From Actinomycetota bacterium (GTDB lineage: Bacteria; Actinomycetota; Thermoleophilia; Solirubrobacterales; 70-9), in contig JBKPHA010000029.1 of NCBI GenBank assembly GCA_046729615.1, forward strand, positions 12,742 to 76,741: DNA of 64,000 nt. Reading direction: 5' to 3'. A program made the position numbers and the translations under genes. The notes beneath the pieces were generated by a model that ran no database searches, had not been told where the DNA came from, and saw only the letters and a program-made list of their open reading frames with translations. Shown piece by piece: positions 35,539-45,301 of the stretch; the first letter of the stretch is position 1; every line of letters begins with the position of its first letter.

Positions 35539-37851
35539 GTGCATCTGAGCTCGATCACGATCAAGGGGTTCAAGTCGTTCCCCGAGCGCACTCGCCTGGA
35601 GTTCTCCCCGGGCGTGAGCGTCATCGTCGGCCCCAACGGCTGCGGCAAGTCCAACATCACCGACGCGGTGCTGTGGGCGCTTGGCGAGCAGAGCCCGCTG
35701 GCGGTCCGCGGCCAGACGATGCAGGACATGATCTTCGCGGGCGGGGACGGCGAGGCGCCGCGCCGATACGCGGAGGTGGAGGTCGTGCTCGACAACGACG
35801 ATGGATCCAACGGGGACTTCTCCGAGATCTCAATCCGCAGGCGCCTCGACCGAAACGGCGAGGGCGAGTATCGCCTGAACGGCGCGCGCTGCCGCCTGGT
35901 GGACGTGATCGAGGCGCTCGCCGACGCCAACCTCGGCCGCGAGATGCATTCGGTCATCAGCCAGGGCCGGGTCGAGGAGATCGTCCACTCGCGCACACGC
36001 GAGCGGCGCCTGCTCGTTGAGGAGGCGGCGGGTCTCGGCAAGCACCGCAAGCGGCGCCGGCGGGCGCAGCTCAAGCTCGAGCGCACGCAGGAGAACCTCG
36101 ACCGCGCTCTGGATGTAGAGCGTGAAGCCCGGAGCCGGCTACGCCCGCTGAAGCGTCAGGTGCAGGCGGCCGACATCCATGCGCGCCTCGAGCGAGAGTC
36201 GGCTGAGCTGCGCGGGCGGCTACTTGCCAGCGAGCTTCACGTACATGCGAAGGAGCTCGCGGCGGCGGAGCGAGCGGCGGCGACGGCGCGGGAGGCACGA
36301 CAGCAGGTCGAGGCCGAGCTGGCGAAGGTCGCGGCGCGCCGCACCGAGGTGGAGGAGCGACTCGCGGAGCGCGACCGCGAGCGTACCGCCGAGTGGGGAA
36401 GGCTGACTGCGCTGCGGGCTGCCCACGAGCGCCTGAGCGTACGCGCGGAGGCCCTCGCCGTTCGCCGCGGCGAGCTCATCGCCGAGCTGGAGCGCCGGCG
36501 CGCGGCGCTGGGGACCCTGGCCGCCGAGGCCGGCGACTCGGACGATCCGGTGGCGTCGGGCCTCGAGGGCGTCGGTGCGGCACTCGCCGAGGCAACCGGG
36601 GCGCACCACCGGGCGACGCAGGTTGATGCGGAGGGCGACCGTCTAAACGAAGTGGCGCGGGTGCGCGAGGCCGCGGAGCGGGCGGCGACCGGCGCCCGCC
36701 GGGTGGAGGGCCTGCTCGGTCGGCGCCGCCAGGGGTCCCTCGAGGGCGGCATCGAGGCCCTCGCCACCCGGCTGGAGCGCATTGACGCGCTGCTCGGGGA
36801 CGCGGCTGCCGTGCGCGACGCCGTCGGTGAGCGCTCCGCGGCGCTCGAGGGGCGGATGCTCGACCGCGGCGACGCCGAGGACTTCACCGCGCAGCTCCGG
36901 GACTGCTCGCGGATCGAGTCCAGCTTGCAGGGGCGGCTCCACGAGACGGGGGAGTCGCTCACGGCCGCCGAGGTCAAGGCGGCCCATCTGCGCGACCGCC
37001 GCGACGACGCGGCCGCCGAGCTCGAGCGCGTGGCGAGCATCCTGGGACGTGAGCCGGATACGGCCTCCGAGGCGCTCGACGCGGCGGAGCGCGAGGAGAT
37101 CGAGCGAAAGCTCGAACGGCTCGCTCGCCGCCGCGAGGCGCTCGGGCCGGTGAACCCCCTCGCCGAGCGAGAGTACGCCGAGGCTCTCGAGCACGTGGAC
37201 CAGCTCGCCGAGCAGCGCGCCGATCTGGAGGCCGCATTGGCCGACCTCGAGGGGTTGATCAGCGACACCGACCGCGAGATGACCCGCGCGTTCGAGGAGA
37301 CGTTCGCGGCGGCCCAGCGCAACTTCGGGGAGCTCGTCGAGCACCTCTTCCCGGACGGTCGCGGGCGCCTGCGCCTCGTCGACGAGCGCACGCCCCGGCT
37401 AGTGCTCGGCGGCGAGGCGGATGGCGAGCCGCCGGAGGCGTCCCACGAGGACGCCGATCTGCGCGAGGTCGCGCGCGGGATCGAGATCGAGGTGACTCCG
37501 GCCGGCAAGGCGACGCGCCGGCTCTCGTTGCTGTCCGGCGGCGAGAAGGCGCTCGTCGCGCTCGCCTTCGTGTTCGCGGTATTCCTCGCGCGCCCGTCGC
37601 CCTTCTACATCCTCGACGAGGTGGAGGCGGCGCTCGACGACGCCAACATCGATCGCTTCCTCCAGCTCGTGCGCCGCTTCTCCGACCGCGCGCAGTTCGT
37701 GATCGTCACCCATCAGAAGCGCACGATGGACGCCGCCGACGTCCTCTACGGGGTGAGCATGGGGAAGGGCGGTGTCACGAAGATCATCTCGAAGCGTCTC
37801 GCGCAGGCGGATCCCGCGGAGGAACCCGCGGAAGCCGCCGAGGCGGCCTGA
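35539..37851 (+). CDS. smc: SMC chromosome-condensation ATPase, unusually short (770 aa) with no recognisable hinge
   Basis: N-head KGFKSF...GPNGCGKSNITDAVLWALGEQS, ISQGRVEEI and EEAAGL motifs. C-head LSLLSGGEKALVALAFVFA and PFYILDEVEAALDDAN motifs. Canonical rnc-smc-ftsY context. Confidence 0.8.
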   Translation: MHLSSITIKGFKSFPERTRLEFSPGVSVIVGPNGCGKSNITDAVLWALGEQSPLAVRGQTMQDMIFAGGDGEAPRRYAEVEVVLDNDDGSNGDFSEISIRRRLDRNGEGEYRLNGARCRLVDVIEALADANLGREMHSVISQGRVEEIVHSRTRERRLLVEEAAGLGKHRKRRRRAQLKLERTQENLDRALDVEREARSRLRPLKRQVQAADIHARLERESAELRGRLLASELHVHAKELAAAERAAATAREARQQVEAELAKVAARRTEVEERLAERDRERTAEWGRLTALRAAHERLSVRAEALAVRRGELIAELERRRAALGTLAAEAGDSDDPVASGLEGVGAALAEATGAHHRATQVDAEGDRLNEVARVREAAERAATGARRVEGLLGRRRQGSLEGGIEALATRLERIDALLGDAAAVRDAVGERSAALEGRMLDRGDAEDFTAQLRDCSRIESSLQGRLHETGESLTAAEVKAAHLRDRRDDAAAELERVASILGREPDTASEALDAAEREEIERKLERLARRREALGPVNPLAEREYAEALEHVDQLAEQRADLEAALADLEGLISDTDREMTRAFEETFAAAQRNFGELVEHLFPDGRGRLRLVDERTPRLVLGGEADGEPPEASHEDADLREVARGIEIEVTPAGKATRRLSLLSGGEKALVALAFVFAVFLARPSPFYILDEVEAALDDANIDRFLQLVRRFSDRAQFVIVTHQKRTMDAADVLYGVSMGKGGVTKIISKRLAQADPAEEPAEAAEAA

Positions 37852-37860
37852 CGAGCCGCC

Positions 37861-37982
37861 AGGGCGCATCGCGGTAGCGGGAGTGCCCGTGGGGAGTGCG
37901 TGGATCGAGCGGGACCGGCGCCCGTAGCGCGAAGGGTCCACGCGCTCAGCCACGGGTGCTATCCCCTGCCGCGATGCGCCCT
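37861..37982 (+). other. 122-nt rod-like imperfect palindrome in the smc-ftsY spacer (candidate structured RNA or processing site)
   Basis: A 14-bp perfect closing helix (37861-37874 / 37969-37982) plus further helices (37883-37892/37950-37959 and 37894-37904/37937-37947) that include G-U pairs on the + strand. Confidence 0.5.
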
Positions 37983-37995
37983 AACCTGCGGGCCC

Positions 37996-38988
37996 ATGGC
38001 TCGCACCTGGCACGAGGTCGTGGATCTGGACGACGGCGCCGTCCCGTCAACCCCCCACGAGGCAGAGGGGCCGCAGCACACGGGGATCTTCCGGCGCCTT
38101 CGCGACTCGTTGTCCAAGAGCCGCCAGGCTCTCCAGGCCGAGCTCAGCGCCTCCCTGTTCGAGCGGCTCGACGACGAGACGTGGGAGCGGCTGGAAGAGG
38201 CGCTGGTCCTCGCCGACGTTGGCGCGAAGACGACCGCCGACGTAGTCGGACGGCTCGAGCATGAGGTGGAGGCCGGCGCCGTGGGCGGCGGCGAGGACCT
38301 CCGGGAGCGCCTCGTGGAGATGCTCGCCGAGGCCGCGGCGACCGAGGATGGCCGGATCCGCCTGAGCAAGCGCCCCGCAGTCGTGATGATCGTGGGTGTA
38401 AACGGCACCGGGAAGACGACGACGATCGGCAAGCTCGCCTGGCATCTCCAGAGGGAGCTCGGCCTGTCGGTGATCGTGGCGGCCGCCGACACCTACCGCG
38501 CCGCGGCGATCGAGCAGCTTGAGACGTGGGCCGAGCGCGCGGGCGCAGAAATCGTCCGCGGCGCGTCGGGCGGCGATCCTGGCGCGGTGGTCTTCGACGC
38601 GATCACGGCCGCCGAGTCGCGCGGGGCGGACGTCGTGATCGCCGACACTGCCGGCCGACTGCATACGCACGCGAACCTGATGGAGGAGCTCGCCAAGGTG
38701 CGGCGCGTGGCCGCCAAGCGTCTGGAGGGTGCGCCGCACGAGTCGCTGATCGTCATCGACGCCACCACCGGGCAGAACGGGCTCCGCCAGGCGCAGGCCT
38801 TCACGCAGGCGGTCGACCTGACCGGCGTCATCCTCACGAAACTCGACGGGACGGCGAAGGGCGGCATCGCGCTCGCGATCGCCTCTGAGCTCGGGCTGCC
38901 GGTGAAGCTGATCGGGACCGGCGAGGAGCTCGAGGATTTAAGGCCGTTCGACCCGAGAGAGTTCGCAGCCGCGCTGCTGGGGGACTAG
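37996..38988 (+). CDS. ftsY: signal recognition particle receptor FtsY
   Basis: VGVNGTGKTTTIGKLA, DTAGRLH and TKLDGTAKGG motifs. Start chosen at ATG 37996. Confidence 0.9.
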   Translation: MARTWHEVVDLDDGAVPSTPHEAEGPQHTGIFRRLRDSLSKSRQALQAELSASLFERLDDETWERLEEALVLADVGAKTTADVVGRLEHEVEAGAVGGGEDLRERLVEMLAEAAATEDGRIRLSKRPAVVMIVGVNGTGKTTTIGKLAWHLQRELGLSVIVAAADTYRAAAIEQLETWAERAGAEIVRGASGGDPGAVVFDAITAAESRGADVVIADTAGRLHTHANLMEELAKVRRVAAKRLEGAPHESLIVIDATTGQNGLRQAQAFTQAVDLTGVILTKLDGTAKGGIALAIASELGLPVKLIGTGEELEDLRPFDPREFAAALLGD

Positions 38989-39474
38989 CGAAGCCTCGTA
39001 GCGCTGGTAGGTCAGCTGGGCGCGGCCCCAACGTGGACCCGTCTCGGAGCTGACCACCCGAAAGCCGTACTCGCGGTAGAGGTGCGCCGCTGCCTCAAGA
39101 TCGCTGAAGGTCTCCAGCACCGCGCGCTCGAACCCGTTGGCGCGTGCGGTTTCGAGAAGCTCCTCGAGGAGCTGCCGCCCGAGCCCCTGGCCGCGAAGGT
39201 TCGAATCGAGGACGAAGAAGCGCACGCACGCGACGCCGTCTCCCTCATCGGTCATCGTGAGGCTCCCGGCGTGTTCGCCGCCGCGCTCCACGATCCAGAT
39301 CGCTTCGTTCGCCCGCGGGAACCCGCGTAGGGCGACGCGCGCGAGGGCGGCGGCCACGTGCGCCTCCATGCCGGTATCCAGGCCGTACTCCCGAGCGTAG
39401 ATGCGCCCGTGGTGCTCGATGATCGCCCCGAGGTCGCCGGGTAGGAGCTTCCGCCTGATCGACACATGGGCCAT
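38938..39474 (-). CDS. GNAT family N-acetyltransferase
   Basis: FFVLDSNLRGQGLGRQLLEELLETARANGFERAVLET (acetyl-CoA binding motif A). The 3' end overlaps the ftsY 3' end convergently. Confidence 0.75.
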   Translation of the reverse strand: MAHVSIRRKLLPGDLGAIIEHHGRIYAREYGLDTGMEAHVAAALARVALRGFPRANEAIWIVERGGEHAGSLTMTDEGDGVACVRFFVLDSNLRGQGLGRQLLEELLETARANGFERAVLETFSDLEAAAHLYREYGFRVVSSETGPRWGRAQLTYQRYEASLVPQQRGCELSRVERP

Positions 39475-39523
39475 GGCTTGATTCTGGCGACAGCAAGGAT
39501 CGCCGCAACACATTGTCGTTAAC

Positions 39524-39550
39524 AGATCGATCGCAAATTAAGATCGATCG
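39524..39550. promoter_or_regulatory. two AGATCGATCG repeats flanking an AT-rich core (candidate LysR-type operator) abutting the lysR ATG
   Basis: AGATCGATCG at 39524-39533 and 39541-39550, with spacer CAAATTA. Each repeat contains the palindrome GATCGATC. An unusually AT-rich patch in the GNAT/LysR divergent spacer. Confidence 0.35.
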
Positions 39551-40447
39551 ATGGAGCTGCGCCAGCTGAGGTACGTGGATGCCGTCGCCCGGCACCGGCA
39601 CTTCACGCGCGCCGCCGAGCAGCTCCACGTGGCACAGTCGGCGCTCTCGCACCAGATCCGGCGGCTCGAGGCCGAGTTGGGCACCGAGCTCTTTACGCGC
39701 ACCAGCCGGACGGTCGTGCCGACGGAGGTGGGCGAAGCGGTGGCCGCGCGGGCGCGACGGATCCTCGCGGAGGCGGACGGCGTGCGGGAGGAGGTCGATG
39801 AGCTGCGAGGCCTGGTCAGGGGGCGCGTGACGATCGGCGCGCTCCTTCCCGCGGGCGCGATCGACGTCCCATCGCTTCTGGCGCGGTTCAGCCACGCTCA
39901 TCCGGGCGTTGACGTCACCCTGCGCGAGGGCACCGCTGGCGACATGCTGCGGTACCTGGCGCGCGACGAGATCGACGCCGCCTTCTCGCTGCTCGATGAC
40001 GAGCCGCCTGAGGCTCTGGTCGCCGAGACCGTAAGCGAGGAGGAGTTGGTGGCGGTGTTCCCGTCCGGGACCGCGCCACGCCGCGGCCCCATAAGCGCAG
40101 CCGCTCTCGCGCGCGGGCTGGTCGTGACGCCGCGTTCCGGCTCGGCCACGAGGGCGGCCCTCGAGCGGTTCTTCACCGCCGCCGGATTCGAACTTCACGT
40201 CTCCTGCGAGAGCGGCGACCCGTTCCTCCTCCGCTGCCTGGCGTCCGCGGGATTCGGGACCGCAGTGCTCCCGCGCTCGCTGACCATGCGGGAGGGACCA
40301 CCGGTCGACATCCGGCCTCTGCGTCCTGCCGTCCGGCTGCCGGTTGCGCTCCTGTGGCGTCGGGACCGGCGCCTCTCGCCGGCTGCGCGGACGTTCGTCC
40401 AGTACGCGCGTGAGGCCGCGCAAGAGCCCGTAAGCTCAGATCCGTGA
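39551..40447 (+). CDS. LysR family transcriptional regulator
   Basis: MELRQLRYVDAVARHRHFTRAAEQLHVAQSALSHQIRRLE (wHTH) plus a substrate-binding domain. Confidence 0.85.
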   Translation: MELRQLRYVDAVARHRHFTRAAEQLHVAQSALSHQIRRLEAELGTELFTRTSRTVVPTEVGEAVAARARRILAEADGVREEVDELRGLVRGRVTIGALLPAGAIDVPSLLARFSHAHPGVDVTLREGTAGDMLRYLARDEIDAAFSLLDDEPPEALVAETVSEEELVAVFPSGTAPRRGPISAAALARGLVVTPRSGSATRAALERFFTAAGFELHVSCESGDPFLLRCLASAGFGTAVLPRSLTMREGPPVDIRPLRPAVRLPVALLWRRDRRLSPAARTFVQYAREAAQEPVSSDP

Positions 40448-40462
40448 ACGGAACATGCCATT

Positions 40463-40484
40463 GCCGGCACCGGGCGGTGCCGGC
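40463..40484 (+). terminator. GC-rich hairpin GCCGGCACC-GGGC-GGTGCCGGC between lysR and ffh
   Basis: 9-bp perfect stem seen directly. No U-tract. Confidence 0.3.
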
Positions 40485-40493
40485 CTAACACAC

Positions 40494-41831
<1,338 letters not shown>

Positions 41832-41930
41832 GCGGGCGTGATGGGCGGCGACTTTGTTGCCGCAGCAGCATGTGCCGTTAGGCGGCGAAGCCGCCGTCAT
41901 AGGTGGACGCTGTAACCTGGTCCGCCGCAG

Positions 41931-42185
41931 ATGGCCGTACGAATCAGACTCACGCGGGTCGGGTCGCGCAAGAACCCGATCTGGCGCATCGTCGTCGCCG
42001 ACCGCGGGTCCCCGCGCGACGGGCGGACGATCGAGACGATCGGCCACTACAACCCGCAGACCGATCCCTCGACGATCGTGATCGACGACGCGCGCGCCCA
42101 GCACTGGCTGGCCCACGGAGCGCAGCCCACGCGGACCGTCGCCCGGCTCCTGCGAACTCAAGGAATCGAGGCCGCCGGGCGCTGA
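41931..42185 (+). CDS. rpsP: 30S ribosomal protein S16
   Basis: MAVRIRLTRVGSRKNPIWRIVVAD. Confidence 0.9.
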   Translation: MAVRIRLTRVGSRKNPIWRIVVADRGSPRDGRTIETIGHYNPQTDPSTIVIDDARAQHWLAHGAQPTRTVARLLRTQGIEAAGR

Positions 42186-42418
42186 TGCGCGACCTGGTCG
42201 AGTTCCTCGCCCGGGCGCTCGTTGAGAATCCGGACGCCGTCGAGGTGACGGAGGTGACCGAGGACGGTGATCTGGTCGTGGAGGTGACGGTGAGCGGCGA
42301 CGACCTCGGCCGGCTGATCGGCAAGGGCGGACGCGTGGCGAACGCGATCCGCACGGTCGCCAAGGCGGCCTCCACGGGCTCGGACCGGCGGGTCCTGGTC
42401 GAGTTCATTGAAGATTGA
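42185..42418 (+). CDS. KH-domain RNA-binding protein (YlqC/UPF0109 family)
   Basis: GRLIGKGGRVANAIRTV (GxxG KH motif). ATG overlaps the rpsP TGA. Confidence 0.8.
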   Translation: MRDLVEFLARALVENPDAVEVTEVTEDGDLVVEVTVSGDDLGRLIGKGGRVANAIRTVAKAASTGSDRRVLVEFIED

Positions 42419-43091
42419 CGTCTTCACCCTCTTTCCAGACTGGTTCGACTGGTTCTGTTCGCAGCGCCATGTGCGCAATGCTGTCGAGGCCGGCAACGAG
42501 CTGCGGCTGTTCAACTACCGCGATACGACGCCGCTGAGCGGCGGCCAGGTGGACGACGCCCCGTACGGCGGCGGGGCTGGCATGGTGTTGCGAGTGGACG
42601 TGGTCGACGCCGCGCTTCGTGCCGCGTACGCGGATGGGCGTAAGCCGAGCCGGGTGCTGGTGCTGGCGCCGTCGGGGCGCCAGCTCGACGAGGCGCTCGC
42701 TACGGAGCTGGCGTCGGAGCCGCACGTCGCGCTGTTGTCGGGCCGCTACGAGGGGATCGACGAGCGGGTGCGGGACCACCTCGCGACCGACGCGGTGTCG
42801 ATCGGCCCCTACGTCCTCTCCGGCGGGGAGCTGGCGGCGATGGTGGTGGCAGATGCGATCATCCGCAAGCTCCCCCGCGCTCTCGGCGACGCCGAGAGCG
42901 CGGTGGAGGAGTCGTTCTCGGAGGCGCTCGGCGGGGCGCCCGAGTACCCGCACTACACGCGCCCGGCGTCCTACCGCGGATGGGACGTTCCCGACGTGCT
43001 TCTCTCCGGCGACCACGCGCGCGTGCGGGAGTGGCGGCTGGAGCAGAGCCGTAGGCGGGCACAAGCGGTCGGGAACGCAACCGACGCCTAG
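42408..43091 (+). CDS. trmD: tRNA (guanine37-N1)-methyltransferase
   Basis: [36 protein letters not shown] and [16 protein letters not shown] motifs. Confidence 0.9.
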   Translation: MKIDVFTLFPDWFDWFCSQRHVRNAVEAGNELRLFNYRDTTPLSGGQVDDAPYGGGAGMVLRVDVVDAALRAAYADGRKPSRVLVLAPSGRQLDEALATELASEPHVALLSGRYEGIDERVRDHLATDAVSIGPYVLSGGELAAMVVADAIIRKLPRALGDAESAVEESFSEALGGAPEYPHYTRPASYRGWDVPDVLLSGDHARVREWRLEQSRRRAQAVGNATDA

Positions 43092-43143
43092 TAAGATTCT
43101 CCGCCGCGCGGCCGCGGGCCACGCTTTTTCTTTGCCCGAGGTT

Positions 43144-43698
43144 ATGAGCACGATCATCGACAGCATCGAGCAGCGCCAGCTCAAGCGCGTGCCCCGCTTT
43201 GCCGCCGGCGATCGGGTCCGCGTCCACTTCCAGGTGGTAGAGGGAAGCCGCCGGCGCACCCAGGTGTTCGAGGGGGTCGTCATCGCCCGCAGCGGATCCG
43301 GCGCGCGGGAGACGTTCACGGTCCGCAAGCAGTCCTTCGGGGTGGGCGTGGAGCGCACGTTCCCGGTGCACTCGCCGAAGATCGAGCGACTCGAGGTGGT
43401 CGCGCGCGGCGACGTTCGCCGGGCCAAGCTCTACTACCTGCGCGGCCGCGTGGGCAAGCGGGCGCGGGTCGCCGAGCGCCGCTGGGGGATCGAGGACGAG
43501 CTCGTGCTCGGCGAGGAGGCCGAGGCGGTCGACTCAGAGGGGGTCGCCCAGAGCGAGGCGGAGCCGGAGGTCCAGGAAGCGCAAGCAGAAGGCGCCGGCG
43601 AGGAGGGAGAGGCCGGGTCGCAAGCATCCGAGGAGTCCGAGGGGGCCGGTGACGATTCCGAGGGTGAGGAGGCCGAGGACGCGCGGACCCGCGGTTGA
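43144..43698 (+). CDS. rplS: 50S ribosomal protein L19 with a ~70-aa acidic C-terminal tail
   Basis: [32 protein letters not shown]...[19 protein letters not shown], followed by a Glu/Ala/Gly/Ser-rich tail. Confidence 0.9.
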   Translation: MSTIIDSIEQRQLKRVPRFAAGDRVRVHFQVVEGSRRRTQVFEGVVIARSGSGARETFTVRKQSFGVGVERTFPVHSPKIERLEVVARGDVRRAKLYYLRGRVGKRARVAERRWGIEDELVLGEEAEAVDSEGVAQSEAEPEVQEAQAEGAGEEGEAGSQASEESEGAGDDSEGEEAEDARTRG

Positions 43699-44330
43699 GG
43701 CCGCTCATCCCGAAACCCAGCACCAGGCTCGGCGCCGTCATCGAGCTCGTCGTAATCGTCGCGCTCGCGATCGGGCTGGCGCTCCTGATCCAGGCGCTCA
43801 TCGTCAAGCCGTACCAGATCCCGTCGCAGTCAATGGAGCCCACGCTCGACGTCGGCCAGAGGGTGTTGGTCGACCGCGTCGGCTACCGCTTCGGCAGCCC
43901 CGACGTCGGCGACATCGTCGTGTTCCACCCGCCGGAGGGGGCAGTCAACTCGCGCGAGTGCGGGGTCGAGGTTCATGGACGGCAACCCGTCGAAGCCGGT
44001 GAGGCGTGTCCCAAGCCGACGGAGCAGGAGTCGGACACGAACTTCATCAAGCGGATCGTCGCCGGGCCGGGCGACACGCTCAGCATCAAGAACGGCCATC
44101 CGGTGGTGAACGGTGTTGAGGCGAAGGAGGACTTCATCAGGCCGTGCGGTGGGGGAGAGGGCTGCGACCTGCCGAAGACGATCACGATCCCGCCGAACGA
44201 GTACTTCATGATGGGCGACAACCGCGGCTCCAGCGACGACAGCCGGTTCTGGGGGCCGGTCCCGCGCGACTGGTTCATCGGCAAGGCTGTCTTCACCTAC
44301 TGGCCGCCGGACCGCATCGGCTTCCTCTAG
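43695..44330 (+). CDS. lepB: signal peptidase I
   Basis: [21 protein letters not shown] and [15 protein letters not shown] motifs. Confidence 0.85.
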   Translation: MRPLIPKPSTRLGAVIELVVIVALAIGLALLIQALIVKPYQIPSQSMEPTLDVGQRVLVDRVGYRFGSPDVGDIVVFHPPEGAVNSRECGVEVHGRQPVEAGEACPKPTEQESDTNFIKRIVAGPGDTLSIKNGHPVVNGVEAKEDFIRPCGGGEGCDLPKTITIPPNEYFMMGDNRGSSDDSRFWGPVPRDWFIGKAVFTYWPPDRIGFL

Positions 44331-44393
44331 GAGGCCCTCGAATCGCGCTCGTTGCGGGGTGATCCTCGGAATCCACCCGGATATTCGTGCATC

Positions 44394-45119
44394 ATGACCG
44401 CGATGGCACGGGCGCAGACAGCGGCGGCCAAGGCGCAGGGCGCGCAGTTGCCGGGGGCCGCAAAGCGCCGAGCCCGCGCCCGCCGCCGCGCGGCGAAGTT
44501 GTTTCGCTTCGACCGCTCGCTGGGAGCCCGCTTCGTCGCGGGAGCCGATGAGGCGGGACGGGGATCGCTCGCCGGCCCGCTGGTGGCGGCCGCAGTGCTC
44601 ATCGACCACGAGAACCTGAGCCTCCGCGACCGCCGGGCGCTGTCCGGGCTCGACGACTCCAAGGTCCGAAGCCCGGAGGAGCGCGAGGAGCTCTACCCGT
44701 GCGTGCTCCGGGTGGCCACGCGGGTGGCGGTCACGGTGCGCTGCGTCCGCGGGATCGACGCCCGCGGACTACACGTCACCAACCTCGCCGCGCTCGCGAG
44801 GTGCCTCGAGCGGGTGGCCGTGCCGGGTGCCGTCTGCCTAACTGACGGGTTTCGCGCGCCATCCTGCTTGGTGCGGCACCGGGCGGTGATCGACGGGGAC
44901 GCCAAGAGCGCCGCGGTCGCGGCCGCCTCCGTCGTCGCCAAGGTGACCCGGGATCGCTACATGACGAGTATCGACCACGCCTACCCGGAGTTCGGGTTCG
45001 CCGGCAACGTCGGCTACTCCACCCCGGAGCACCGCGCCGCGATCATCGAGCACGGCCTCTCCGAGGTTCATCGCCGCTCATTCCAGTCGATCGCGTACTC
45101 GCAGCTCGAGCTCGACTGA
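44394..45119 (+). CDS. rnhB: ribonuclease HII
   Basis: AGADEAGRGSLAGPLVAAAV, LDDSK and KSAAVAAASVVAKVTRD motifs. Start uncertain (TTG 44352, ATG 44394 or ATG 44403). Confidence 0.85.
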   Translation: MTAMARAQTAAAKAQGAQLPGAAKRRARARRRAAKLFRFDRSLGARFVAGADEAGRGSLAGPLVAAAVLIDHENLSLRDRRALSGLDDSKVRSPEEREELYPCVLRVATRVAVTVRCVRGIDARGLHVTNLAALARCLERVAVPGAVCLTDGFRAPSCLVRHRAVIDGDAKSAAVAAASVVAKVTRDRYMTSIDHAYPEFGFAGNVGYSTPEHRAAIIEHGLSEVHRRSFQSIAYSQLELD

Positions 45120-45301
45120 CGCTGGCGATCGACACGCACCGGCTGGCGCCGCTTCGCGCCGCCGCGCAGCTCCTTCACCGGCCCGGAGACGTTCGGCATC
45201 CCGTCGACGTCGCCCTGGGGACCGCCGGCATCCAGGCGCAGGACCTCCGCGCGGGCAGGCTGGGCTTCAGGGCTCGAGGCGCCCGGCTGCGAGCCGGCGA
45301 C

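Noticed and set aside
43103-43134. CCGCG-CGGC-CGCGG hairpin and a T-run (CTTTTTCTTT) in the trmD-rplS spacer.
   Set aside because: The stem is only 5 bp and the T-run is displaced by 7 nt. This is not convincing as a terminator or an L19 leader.
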